This document shows positions 1-8,797 of a stretch of 38,957 bases of DNA, in pieces. Position 1 is the stretch's first letter. Each line of letters opens with the position of its first letter. The position numbers and the translations under genes are program-made. The DNA lies in NCBI GenBank assembly GCA_963830915.1, contig CAWHOE010000017.1, forward strand, positions 1-38,957, given 5' to 3'. The notes under the pieces are model-generated. The model was not told the origin of the DNA, ran no database searches, and was given only the letters and a program-made list of their open reading frames with translations. This DNA comes from a candidate division FCPU426 bacterium (GTDB lineage Bacteria > Oederibacteriota > Muellerivitia > Muellerivitales > Muellerivitaceae).

Positions 1-1382
1 ATGGGAAATATGAACTGGTGCTCGATTACGGCATCGCATATCAGATTAGTTTCCCTTGGGTCTATGGCTGGGATGGGAAAAATTGGCTAGATGTTAGAGC
101 TGAATTCTGGCCTCTATATGAGAATGGCCAATTGGCGCCCGTGGGTGTTTGCAATTTAGGTCCTGGCGTCACTATTTTGGATGGTTTAATCCGAGCTGTT
201 CAAAATAAAGAACCTCTTCGATATTGGAAAGATAAAAAAGAAACCGTTGTTCCGAATGGAACGGTTACCGGATATTTGAATTCAGGTAAAAAGTTTTTGG
301 TGGCCAAGGACTATGGCGCGGCCATTGTCGACTATCAAAAGGCCCTATTATTGGAAAGCTCCAATCCCAAGATATATGTTTATCTGGGTTACGCTTACAT
401 CCTCAACGGTCAGATGGAGCAGGCTCGGAATTCTTTAAACCGCGCCATTGCTTGGGATAATAATTCCTCTTTGGCCCACTATAACCTTGCCCTTTGTGAT
501 TGGGTATTCAGGGCCCAAGGAAACGGCAATATGGTCGCGGATGCCGCCTCGGAAATAATTAAAGCTTTTGATTTGGATCCTTCGCTTAAGATTACAGCTC
601 GTCAAACACCTAAATTGAAGGGTTTGTTGGATACGCCCGAGTTCCAATCCGCCTTATTCTGGAGAAACTATCATGTTCCTGATGAGTTCTTAAATACATT
701 CCCGAATGTTCCGATCAAAGATTGGGTAGGCCAAACCTTCATATTCCTCCGCAACTCAAGCAACATTCTCGCGGTTTGGGAGGATAATGCCTCTCAAAAA
801 CCCGTTACCAATGCGGTGTCTCTGCAAGGACGAATTTTTTCTATCTTGGGGCCTATTGAGCCTTTTGACCCTCAGCACCAGGACAAACCGCAGGTTCTTC
901 ACATCCGAATGTTGGACGATGGGCACCGTTATCTTCTTCATACTTACGATGGGGAGAATTGCGCTCATATTGCTCCTTGTGGGGATTATCAGAAGGCTAA
1001 GGACCGCTTGTTAGGGCACGACCTTTGGATGGTTTCCCAAAGACCGGTCACTTTATCGAATGGAACGGTACTTTCCACAATGCAAAAGGTTACAGTTAAG
1101 GACGTGCAATGGGGGGACTGGTTCGCCCATCCTATCCGTTTGATTTTGCAAACGTCAGCTGGCGTGACAGATTCTATCGATGTAGGTGTGGATTTCAGCA
1201 ATTTTGCCGAATTTAATTTGGCACAGTCTGGAAGAAGTAATAGCTTCTGGAATCGCTATTTCGATCAGGTTAAATCAGGAAAAGATGGTGGAAACTATTT
1301 CTGTAATCTCTTTACAGAAAAGGACCCTGTTTCAGCTGTGAAAGAGTACCTTCGGCAAACAAAAGCTTTACCTAGCCCTTGA
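1..1382 (+). CDS. TPR-repeat-containing protein, 5'-truncated by the window edge
   Basis: Frame is open to the window start (GKYELVLDYG...). Tandem TPR-like helices (GKKFLVAKDYGAAIVDYQKAL; YVYLGYAYILNGQMEQARNSLNRAI; AHYNLALC). Visibly AT-richer than the rest of the window. Confidence 0.75.
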   Translation, partial: GKYELVLDYGIAYQISFPWVYGWDGKNWLDVRAEFWPLYENGQLAPVGVCNLGPGVTILDGLIRAVQNKEPLRYWKDKKETVVPNGTVTGYLNSGKKFLVAKDYGAAIVDYQKALLLESSNPKIYVYLGYAYILNGQMEQARNSLNRAIAWDNNSSLAHYNLALCDWVFRAQGNGNMVADAASEIIKAFDLDPSLKITARQTPKLKGLLDTPEFQSALFWRNYHVPDEFLNTFPNVPIKDWVGQTFIFLRNSSNILAVWEDNASQKPVTNAVSLQGRIFSILGPIEPFDPQHQDKPQVLHIRMLDDGHRYLLHTYDGENCAHIAPCGDYQKAKDRLLGHDLWMVSQRPVTLSNGTVLSTMQKVTVKDVQWGDWFAHPIRLILQTSAGVTDSIDVGVDFSNFAEFNLAQSGRSNSFWNRYFDQVKSGKDGGNYFCNLFTEKDPVSAVKEYLRQTKALPSP

Positions 1383-1501
1383 ATCTATCTCTCAATCATT
1401 GAATTGGCACTTGCGTTAAAATGACACATTGGTTCTTTAATAGTTTTGCCCTTCTAATGAATTAACTTTTGAGGTTCGTTTTTCAGGATTACAATCATCC
1501 C

Positions 1502-2165
1502 ATGGCCCCTTTATCCGAAAACTTCATGGGTTCCACAGGCCCCAAACCTCCCCTTGAAAAATGGTGTTATTTCGTCGGGTTCGCCTCGCTCATCCCTTTC
1601 TTAGGCGTCATTTTCGCCGCTGTCTCCTTGATCCTGGGCATCATCAAGATTGAAAGAAAGGGCGGATGGAGTCTCTTGGTTTTGTCCTTGATGGGTTTCA
1701 CTCTTTCCGCCGGGTTGACAGCTGTCTATTACGACCAAATATTCCCGTCTAAGGACCAATCCTATGCCCAGGCGCCTACCGCTGGTTCGGCCACCGGAAC
1801 GGGTGCCCTGGGTTGGCTCCAACCCGCTGATGGCTTGAAGGAATCACTGCGGACAGGGAAGCCCATTCTTTATGACTTCACCGCCGAGTGGTGTCACTTT
1901 TGTAAACTTGAGAAGGCGCAGGTATTTGAGAATCCCGCCGACGTCGCGAAGCTCAAAGGATTATTCATCCCCGTGGTCGTGATGGACCGAGCAAGGGAAG
2001 AAGGGAGAAATCCCACTGACATTAGCGGTTCTTCAAGCCAAATACCAGATCAGGGGATTTCCTACCCTAGTTGTCCAATATCCGGGAAAAAGCGACTTCA
2101 AGCAACTCGTCGGTTTTGTGGGCGAGGACAAGGTGATGGCTTTCCTCAATGAATCCAAACCATAG
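1502..2165 (+). CDS. Membrane-anchored thioredoxin-fold protein (WCHFC), with an apparent frameshift at ~2030
   Basis: Two N-terminal TM helices and KPILYDFTAEWCHFC. After ~2030 another frame reads LQAKYQIRGFPTLVVQ...MAFLNESKP*, the typical Trx cis-Pro GFPT motif, with stop TAG at 2163-2165. Start 1502 is inferred. Confidence 0.8.
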
Positions 2166-2325
2166 AACATCCGGTTTGGAATTAATTTTTTCCTGACAGT
2201 TTTACGGTTAAACCTCCTGATATTCCTCGCCTCATTGAATCCCTTTATTTTTGCACTAAAAACCCATCTTCCCGTCTATAGGTCGAAGAAAGAAATACGA
2301 CACTCGATCTGTTTGGGAGGAGCTT

Positions 2326-3411
2326 ATGAAAAATCTATCCAACGTCAGGTACCTGTTGCTGGCGGTGTTATTCCCCATCCTTTTCGCCAACTGCGGACGA
2401 TTGCCGGGTTCTCCCACCGGACCCCTTGGGCCTCCGATATTGATTTTAGCCTCAGCCACTTTTACCCCAACCCCGAACCCTGGAAGTCCCACTGTGACCT
2501 ATACGCCAAGCTTCCCAGTGACATTCATCCCCACTTGGACCTTCACCCCCAACATCCCGGTGACATACACCAACACTTGGACGCTGACCCCGACGGGAAC
2601 TTTTACTTTCACGTCGACTCGTACCTTCACTCAGCCCATTACTTCGACCCCCACGGGAACTCCAACCTCAACGGCCACATTCCCGATCACTTTCTTCACG
2701 GGTTCGTTGACGCCCACGCCGACCTATTCATATACGGCGGTTCCTGACCCTGGGACACCGACCCACACCAACACTTTGACCATTACACCGACTTTGACGG
2801 GGTCGCCTACTTTTACCCCCAGCCCGATCATCTCAAGCACTTATACAGTCCCCAGCGGGCCTTGTACCAACTCTTTCGGGTTTACCTGCACGCCTACACC
2901 GTCTAAGCCTACCACCTGTCTCAGTTATTATTTTGTAGGTGACCCATCCGTTTCGACTTCTCAGGTTTTCGTACAACCGTTGAGGACATACGCTCAAAGA
3001 TATGATCTGGCCACGGCCGGGGTGGTACAAAGCATTTGGATAGAGCCGAACCAAGCCTGTCTGGTAAGGGTGGGGATTTATAACGGAAGCGATAGCAGCA
3101 ATTGGCCTCAGGGATTGGTCTACGCGTCCGATGCCGTGACATTGTCGCCGGGCCTGGATTCCATCCCGGTTCCCAGCGTCAATCTTGCCGCCGGGACCTA
3201 TTGGCTGGCTTACGAGGTCCTGGGAACCGCGGGGAATTTCTCGGCCGCCGCTGGTTCCACCGCCTTGACCGATACGGTCTGGCTGGGTTGGCCTAGTCCT
3301 TGGTTGACCTGTCCCAGCATGATCGCTACCCCGACCCCGACGGTGGTTTGTACGCCGCCGCCTTACGCAACGACCAATCAAATCGCGATTTACGCTCTGG
3401 TATGTCTTTAA
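2326..3411 (+). CDS. Thr/Pro-rich secreted lipoprotein with C-terminal beta-rich domain
   Basis: GGAGG RBS; signal peptide with lipobox-like LFANC; long TPT/TFT low-complexity stretch. Confidence 0.8.
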   Translation: MKNLSNVRYLLLAVLFPILFANCGRLPGSPTGPLGPPILILASATFTPTPNPGSPTVTYTPSFPVTFIPTWTFTPNIPVTYTNTWTLTPTGTFTFTSTRTFTQPITSTPTGTPTSTATFPITFFTGSLTPTPTYSYTAVPDPGTPTHTNTLTITPTLTGSPTFTPSPIISSTYTVPSGPCTNSFGFTCTPTPSKPTTCLSYYFVGDPSVSTSQVFVQPLRTYAQRYDLATAGVVQSIWIEPNQACLVRVGIYNGSDSSNWPQGLVYASDAVTLSPGLDSIPVPSVNLAAGTYWLAYEVLGTAGNFSAAAGSTALTDTVWLGWPSPWLTCPSMIATPTPTVVCTPPPYATTNQIAIYALVCL

Positions 3412-3443
3412 ACAATAAAATATAAACTCCTTTATATAAGACC

Positions 3444-3480
3444 AGGCCGGGCCAGTAATGGACCGGCCTTTTTATTTTTT
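3444..3480. terminator. Probable intrinsic terminator between convergent genes
   Basis: AGGCCGGGCCA-GTAA-TGGACCGGCCT hairpin followed by a T-tract. Confidence 0.7.
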
Positions 3481-4101
3481 GGAATAGAGGAAAGGGAAGA
3501 GCATGATGCCGGTCAAGAATCCCCCGACGTGCGCCCAGAAGGCCACTCCGCCCATGGAAGGTCCGGTCATGCTGGCCAACAGGTACTGCTCCAGGAACCA
3601 GATGCCCACCACGAAGATCGCCCTGGCCGGGATGGAGAAAATGGGAAAGATAATAAAGAAGAACTGAAGCCTCATTTTCCGCCAGGGGAACATCACCATG
3701 TAGAGGGCGCAGATGCCCGAGATGGCCCCCGACGCCCCGATCATGGGGATGGTGGAATGGGGGGCCATGGAGTATTGCAGGTAGGCCGCGCCGAAGCCGC
3801 TCAACAGGTAAGCGATCAAATAGGTGAACTTTCCCATCCGGTCTTCCACCTGGTTCCCGAACACATAAAGAAAGTACATATTGCCCAGGATATGGGCGAA
3901 GCCCGCGTGAAGGAACATGGAGGAAAGGATGTCCCTGAAATGGGGATGGGCCGGGATGAAACCCATGCGCCAGATCAATTGCTCGAAATCGGGCCGAAAG
4001 ATGGTTTGGAAGAAAACATAGAGATTCACGCCGATCAATAAAAAGTTGATCAGGGGGAAGTGCTTAGGGGGACGATCCTCTTCAATGGGCAGGATGAACA
4101 T
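3472..4101 (-). CDS. Rhomboid family intramembrane serine protease
   Basis: SMFLHAGFAHILGNM, GASGAISG catalytic Ser motif, AHVGGF catalytic His. Confidence 0.95.
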   Translation of the reverse strand: MFILPIEEDRPPKHFPLINFLLIGVNLYVFFQTIFRPDFEQLIWRMGFIPAHPHFRDILSSMFLHAGFAHILGNMYFLYVFGNQVEDRMGKFTYLIAYLLSGFGAAYLQYSMAPHSTIPMIGASGAISGICALYMVMFPWRKMRLQFFFIIFPIFSIPARAIFVVGIWFLEQYLLASMTGPSMGGVAFWAHVGGFLTGIMLFPFLYSKK

Positions 4102-4107
4102 CGAGAC

Positions 4108-5238
4108 TCATTTCATTATTTTTTCGGCGAGGGGAGTCCGTTCCACCGGGATGACTTGGTTGGAACCTCTGGCCGGTATTTTCCAGACGCCCGGGATGGT
4201 TTGGGAGCATTGGGGGCATATGCCGTCCGGCCCCAGCTTCATTTTCAGTAATTCGAACCCCATGCGCTCGATCAAGAGCTCTTCGCAGCCGGGACAATAG
4301 GTATTTTCGGTGGTCCCCACCTCGCCCGGCCTGTTGCCCGAATAAACATAACGCAGTCCGGCGGTCTTTCCGATCTGGTAGCTCAGGTTCAATTTCTTGG
4401 CATCGGTTTGTCCTCGGTTTTCCATTTTGTAATCAGGATGGAAAGCGGTCACGTGCCAGGGAATATCCTGAGAAACTGAGGCGATGAATTTGGCGATGGA
4501 GGTCAGTTCCGCCTCACTGTCGTTCAGGCCAGGGACGACCAGGGTCACCACCTCGACCCAGAAGCCCATCCCTTTCAATCTCTCGATGGTTTCCAGTACG
4601 GGTTTCAGGGTCCCCCCCATGTTCCGCCGGTAGGTCTTGTCGTTGAAACCCTTGAGGTCCACTTTGTACAGATCCAGCCAGGGCCGGAGGAATTCCAAGA
4701 CCTCACGGGTGGCGTTGCCATTGGAGACATAACTGGTCAAAAGGCCTTTGGCGTGGGCCGTCTGGAAGACTTCCAGAGCCCATTCGCTGGTGATGAGGGG
4801 TTCGTTATAGGTGGAAGTGACGGTCTGGCAATGGGTCTTGAGGGCGGCGTTCACGATATCCTCCGCGCTTATCCTTTTCAGGTAAGAACCCGATCCTTCG
4901 CAGGCCGGGTCCCTCAGGGCCTGGCTGGTGATCCAGTTCTGGCAGTAATCGCAATGGTAGTCGCAGCCCAACATGCCGAAGGAAAGGGCGCCGGACCCGG
5001 GAAGGGCGTGAAAGAAAGGTTTCTTCTCGATGGGGTCCACCTGGAGGGCGCCGACATAGTTCTGGGGCACCCGCAAGACACCTTCTTCATTGAAACGGAC
5101 CTTGCAAACGCCTTTTTGGCCCGCCGGAATACGGCAGCGGTGGGCGCAGGCGTAGCATTGGACCTTATGGTTCGGGAGTTTCTCATATAGAGTTCCCGGC
5201 GATGTGAGAGCCGAGAGTTGTTGTTCCAGGGTCGTCAA
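4108..5238 (-). CDS. amrS: AmmeMemoRadiSam-system radical SAM enzyme (PFL-activase-like)
   Basis: CYACAHRC...GVCKVR N-terminus, DPIEKKPFFH, CDYHCDYCQNW radical SAM motif, TYNEP, C-terminal CPGC/CPQC. TTG start with GGAGG RBS. Confidence 0.9.
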   Translation of the reverse strand: MTTLEQQLSALTSPGTLYEKLPNHKVQCYACAHRCRIPAGQKGVCKVRFNEEGVLRVPQNYVGALQVDPIEKKPFFHALPGSGALSFGMLGCDYHCDYCQNWITSQALRDPACEGSGSYLKRISAEDIVNAALKTHCQTVTSTYNEPLITSEWALEVFQTAHAKGLLTSYVSNGNATREVLEFLRPWLDLYKVDLKGFNDKTYRRNMGGTLKPVLETIERLKGMGFWVEVVTLVVPGLNDSEAELTSIAKFIASVSQDIPWHVTAFHPDYKMENRGQTDAKKLNLSYQIGKTAGLRYVYSGNRPGEVGTTENTYCPGCEELLIERMGFELLKMKLGPDGICPQCSQTIPGVWKIPARGSNQVIPVERTPLAEKIMK

Positions 5239-5380
5239 GTTCCGCCTCCAAGGTCATTCTAAGGCTGTGGAAAAGGGAAAAACAGGCCGGCTTGTGTAAT
5301 TCGGCGCGTCAAATATGTTAGGGTGAAGAATCATTAAAAAGACGTAAAATGGTTCTCCCTTTTCAATGACGAGGAGATGT

Positions 5381-6778
5381 ATGAAGAGATCGGAAAAACA
5401 AGCCGAACCCCAATCATCGACCGCTTTTTCAGCCAACGCCCGAAAGGCTTTGGAATGGTTGGACGAATTACTGCTTCTCCAGGATGTTTTCGGCGACGAA
5501 GTGGGCGAGGCGTTCAGCCGTCTTTTACGGTGGCTGGCCAAGAAGGAAGAATCGGACGGGGCCAAGGGTTACCGCCGTTATGGAAAATTATGGAAGGCGG
5601 TCCTTTCTACCCAGGAGTTCATCCACCATCCCAGGGTCGGGACTTTCCTGCAGGACTATTGGCTGGAAAGGTTCCTGGAGAACGACAATCCCTTCCACCG
5701 GAAAGCGGAGATGGCCTCCCTTTCCAAGATCAGCCCATCCTTGACCGAGACCTACCGACGGGAGGTGGAGATCTTTCAAAAGTTGATCCGGGTCGATTGG
5801 GAAGCGGAGTACCTGAAAAAAGCGGGCCTATTGGGGAAAGCAAGCGCCCCTTCCCTGGAAGGATCCAATGAAATCGAAAGGGAATCAGAACTATCGCCAT
5901 CGGCCAAGGCGAGAAGGGACATCAAGAAAAAGATACTCTCCGGCGGGGCCAAAAACGCGGGTCTGGTCACCGAGATCAGCGAGTATTTTTCCCGGAACGG
6001 CTGGGGTTTGTTCGGCCGGTATCGGGCTTTCCGTTGGCATGGTCATGGCGACGGGAAAGGAAAACTGACCGGCATTGGGGCTGTGGACCCCATCCAACTG
6101 AGGAACCTGGTGGGATATGATGAGCTCCGCCAGCCTCTCATCGACAACATCGAGGCGTTCGTCGCGGGCAAGTGGGCCAATAATGTCCTTCTATATGGAG
6201 AGAGGGGAACGGGAAAGTCCTCCACCGTCAAGGCGCTCCTGAACGCTTACCAGGACAGGGGCCTTCGGATCATCGAGGTGGCCACATCAGACCTGAAGGA
6301 TTTTCACGATATCCTGCCATTCGTGAGGGGCCGTCGAGAAAAGTTCATCCTGTTCGTGGATGACCTCTCCTTCGAGGAGAACGAGACTTCCTACAAGGGG
6401 TTGAAAGCCGTCTTGGAGGGGACGGTGGAAGCGCCGCCTCAGAATGTTATATTGATCGCCACTTCCAACCGCCGCCACCTGGTGCGGGAATTCTTCGGGG
6501 ACCGGATGGAAGGCAAACAGAACGACGGCGAGATCCATGGCCAGGATACGATCGAGGAGAAACTTTCCCTTTCCGACCGTTTCGGCCTGGTAGTTTCCTT
6601 CTATACTCCGGACCAGGAGATCTATTTGAAGATCGTGGATAGTTGGGCCAAGGCCGAAGGTATCAAGATGCCCCCCCAGGAACTACATCCGCAGGCACTG
6701 AGGTGGGCGCAATTCAATAACGGCCGTTCCGGCCGCACAGCCCGGCAATTTATTGTCGATCTAAAAGGAAAAGTCTGA
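5381..6778 (+). CDS. DUF815-family AAA+ ATPase
   Basis: ANNVLLYGERGTGKSSTVKA Walker A, LFVDDLSFE, ATSNRRHL, EEKLSLSDRFGL, RSGRTARQF. GAGGAG RBS before ATG 5381. Confidence 0.9.
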   Translation: MKRSEKQAEPQSSTAFSANARKALEWLDELLLLQDVFGDEVGEAFSRLLRWLAKKEESDGAKGYRRYGKLWKAVLSTQEFIHHPRVGTFLQDYWLERFLENDNPFHRKAEMASLSKISPSLTETYRREVEIFQKLIRVDWEAEYLKKAGLLGKASAPSLEGSNEIERESELSPSAKARRDIKKKILSGGAKNAGLVTEISEYFSRNGWGLFGRYRAFRWHGHGDGKGKLTGIGAVDPIQLRNLVGYDELRQPLIDNIEAFVAGKWANNVLLYGERGTGKSSTVKALLNAYQDRGLRIIEVATSDLKDFHDILPFVRGRREKFILFVDDLSFEENETSYKGLKAVLEGTVEAPPQNVILIATSNRRHLVREFFGDRMEGKQNDGEIHGQDTIEEKLSLSDRFGLVVSFYTPDQEIYLKIVDSWAKAEGIKMPPQELHPQALRWAQFNNGRSGRTARQFIVDLKGKV

Positions 6779-6808
6779 TTGAACCACCAAGGCACCAAGG
6801 GCACCAAG
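6779..6808 (+). repeat. Left inverted repeat (3x CACCAAG)
   Basis: Read directly; begins immediately after the TGA of the DUF815 gene. Confidence 0.95.
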
Positions 6809-6854
6809 TACGGCAAACATTGGAACGTTTTGAAAGCAAAGGCAACCAGAAAGA

Positions 6855-7244
6855 ATGATCGAAGCAATCGACCAAGCATTAGATGGAATCGCCAGTCAGG
6901 TTGTGGATTCGGTTTTTAAGATCCATCGGGCTTTTGGACCTGGCTTATTAGAAAGCGCCTATGAAGTCTGTTTGATCCACGAGTTAAAAAAACGCGGGCT
7001 GAAAGTCGAAAGTCAGGTCGTAGTTCCTTTGGTTTATGACGGGGTGAAGATCGACGCGGGGTTTAGAATGGACTTATTGGTGAGTGATCGGCTTATCGTG
7101 GAATTGAAGGCCGTTGAGACAATCCTGCCTGTTCACGAGGCGCAAATTTTGACTTATTTAAAAGTCACAGGTTGCCGTTTGGGACTTTTGATCAATTTCA
7201 ATGTTCCGCTCATTAAAGATGGAATTAAAAGAGTGGCTTTGTAA
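6855..7244 (+). CDS. GxxExxY protein (PD-(D/E)xK nuclease superfamily)
   Basis: GPGLLESAYE (GxxExxY), RMDLLV...IVELKAV nuclease-like motif, LGLLINFN; 129 aa. Confidence 0.95.
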   Translation: MIEAIDQALDGIASQVVDSVFKIHRAFGPGLLESAYEVCLIHELKKRGLKVESQVVVPLVYDGVKIDAGFRMDLLVSDRLIVELKAVETILPVHEAQILTYLKVTGCRLGLLINFNVPLIKDGIKRVAL

Positions 7245-7255
7245 CTTACGATTTT

Positions 7256-7285
7256 CTTGGTGCCCTTGGTGCCTTGGTGGTTCAA
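7256..7285 (-). repeat. Right inverted repeat (3x CTTGGTG)
   Basis: CTTGGTGCCCTTGGTGCCTTGGTGGTTCAA, read directly. Confidence 0.95.
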
Positions 7286-7312
7286 AATTGTTGAATGTTT
7301 TTGGAGGCTTCT

Positions 7313-7789
7313 ATGGCGGTTGATCTATCAGTGTTCCAAAGCGCGGCGCCTTATCGCGGTTTCAAGGACCAGGATTGGACTGTTCTCTCCGAACTCTTGA
7401 AAGAAGTACGGGTTTCCTCGGGCAAGGCAATCTTCAAAGAAAACGACCGGGGCGACGGTTTCTACTGGATACGTTCGGGCAAGATCAAGATCAGCCGCCG
7501 GGTGGTACCGGAAGGGAAGAAGGATAGTCAGGAACAACTCCTTACCCTCCTGACTGCCGGGAGCATCTTCGGCGAGATGGCCCTGATCGACGGCGCTCCC
7601 CGCTCGGCCGACGCCGTAGCGGAGGAAGACACGGTCCTTTACCACTTGCCCCAGGCTAGCTATGAGAAGTTGGAAGTGGACCATCCGGCGACGGCCCTGA
7701 GGATCCAGGACATGCTGGTGGTCACCCTTTGCTCCAGGATCCGCGCGGCGAATAGAAGTTTCGAGATCATCCGGTTCTGGTGTACCTGA
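7313..7789 (+). CDS. Stand-alone cyclic-nucleotide-binding domain protein
   Basis: IFKENDRGDGFYWIRSGKIKI and FGEMALIDGAPRSADAVA; no HTH. GGAGG RBS before ATG 7313. Confidence 0.9.
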   Translation: MAVDLSVFQSAAPYRGFKDQDWTVLSELLKEVRVSSGKAIFKENDRGDGFYWIRSGKIKISRRVVPEGKKDSQEQLLTLLTAGSIFGEMALIDGAPRSADAVAEEDTVLYHLPQASYEKLEVDHPATALRIQDMLVVTLCSRIRAANRSFEIIRFWCT

Positions 7790-8748
7790 TGACCAATCCG
7801 GGGAGAGTCATCTTTCTTCTCTTGATCCTTGGCCTGCCTTTTCCGGGGCGGGCGGAGGACAGTTCGGATTCACCCAAGCCCTATCTGCCTTCCTTGCTCC
7901 TGTGCGGAAAAGACCGGGATTTCTTGGCCCATATCCATAAAGGGAAGATCGATTGGGAATACAAATCGGACGGACCTTTGGTGGATATTCAGGCCCAGCC
8001 CATCGACAACCGATTCCTGGTGGTGGGGGGGTCCAAGAAGGTCTTTTTACTTCGTAAAGTGGACAGCGGATGCCGGGTCATTTGGGATTGGACCCATATG
8101 GAAGGGGTCCAGGTTTCCTGCGCCACGGCGGCGGATTGGGATCTGGACGGGAACCCGACCCTGATCCTGGCGGGGGATACCCTGACCAATCGATTATTCC
8201 TGGCGGAGGCCAAGTCCAACACCATCAAGACCCGTTGGGAGTTCAAGCTTTTGGCCGCTCCGAGAGCGGTCCATATCTGCCCCGATACGGGTAATTTTTT
8301 GGTGGTCATGGCCGATTCGACCATCGAGGAGATCTATTTCCAGGAAGACAAGGTGGTCTGGATCGTGGGTAAAGGAACCCTCCTGAAGAACGTCCTGGAC
8401 GCCATCCGGGACCCGATGGGATTGAATTACGCGGCCGAGGGCTCGGATGGGTCGGTGATCTGCTTCAATAGCGACCAAAAGACCCTCTGGAAAAGCCATC
8501 TGCCCTTCGCCCACAGCAACGGCAAACTCAAGGCCCTGGCCCTTTCCCTTTATAAGAAGAAGGGCAAGCGTATCGTGATGGCCTCGGCGCACTTTGCCGG
8601 AGGGGGAGAGAACGCCAAAGACCTGGTCTACTTGTTGAACGCCGACACTGGCAAGGTCTTGGCTTGGAGCGACCATCTGGACAAGGGCGCTTATCCGCCT
8701 TTCGAGAAGGTCGTCCCCGATACGCCGTCTTATTTCAGGAAACAATAG
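7789..8748 (+). CDS. Secreted hypothetical protein, probable beta-propeller
   Basis: Signal peptide; repeated 'GKIDWEY / VIWDW / TRWEF / TLWKS / NADTGKVLAW' blade-like motifs; TGATG overlap with the upstream gene. Confidence 0.65.
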   Translation: MTNPGRVIFLLLILGLPFPGRAEDSSDSPKPYLPSLLLCGKDRDFLAHIHKGKIDWEYKSDGPLVDIQAQPIDNRFLVVGGSKKVFLLRKVDSGCRVIWDWTHMEGVQVSCATAADWDLDGNPTLILAGDTLTNRLFLAEAKSNTIKTRWEFKLLAAPRAVHICPDTGNFLVVMADSTIEEIYFQEDKVVWIVGKGTLLKNVLDAIRDPMGLNYAAEGSDGSVICFNSDQKTLWKSHLPFAHSNGKLKALALSLYKKKGKRIVMASAHFAGGGENAKDLVYLLNADTGKVLAWSDHLDKGAYPPFEKVVPDTPSYFRKQ

Positions 8749-8797
8749 CCAGTTCAAGGAACACAATCTGTATCCAACGGAAATCATAAAGAAGCTC

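Larger units (their letters stand above)
6779..7285. mobile_element. Candidate 507-bp element: GxxExxY gene bounded by perfect 30-bp terminal inverted repeats
   Basis: 6779-6808 TTGAACCACCAAGGCACCAAGGGCACCAAG is the exact reverse complement of 7256-7285. The interior is AT-richer and holds one ORF. Mobility is inferred. Confidence 0.6.

Noticed and set aside
2450..2920. ACN-CCN periodicity as a DNA tandem repeat or array
   Set aside because: Explained by Thr/Pro codons; third positions vary freely.
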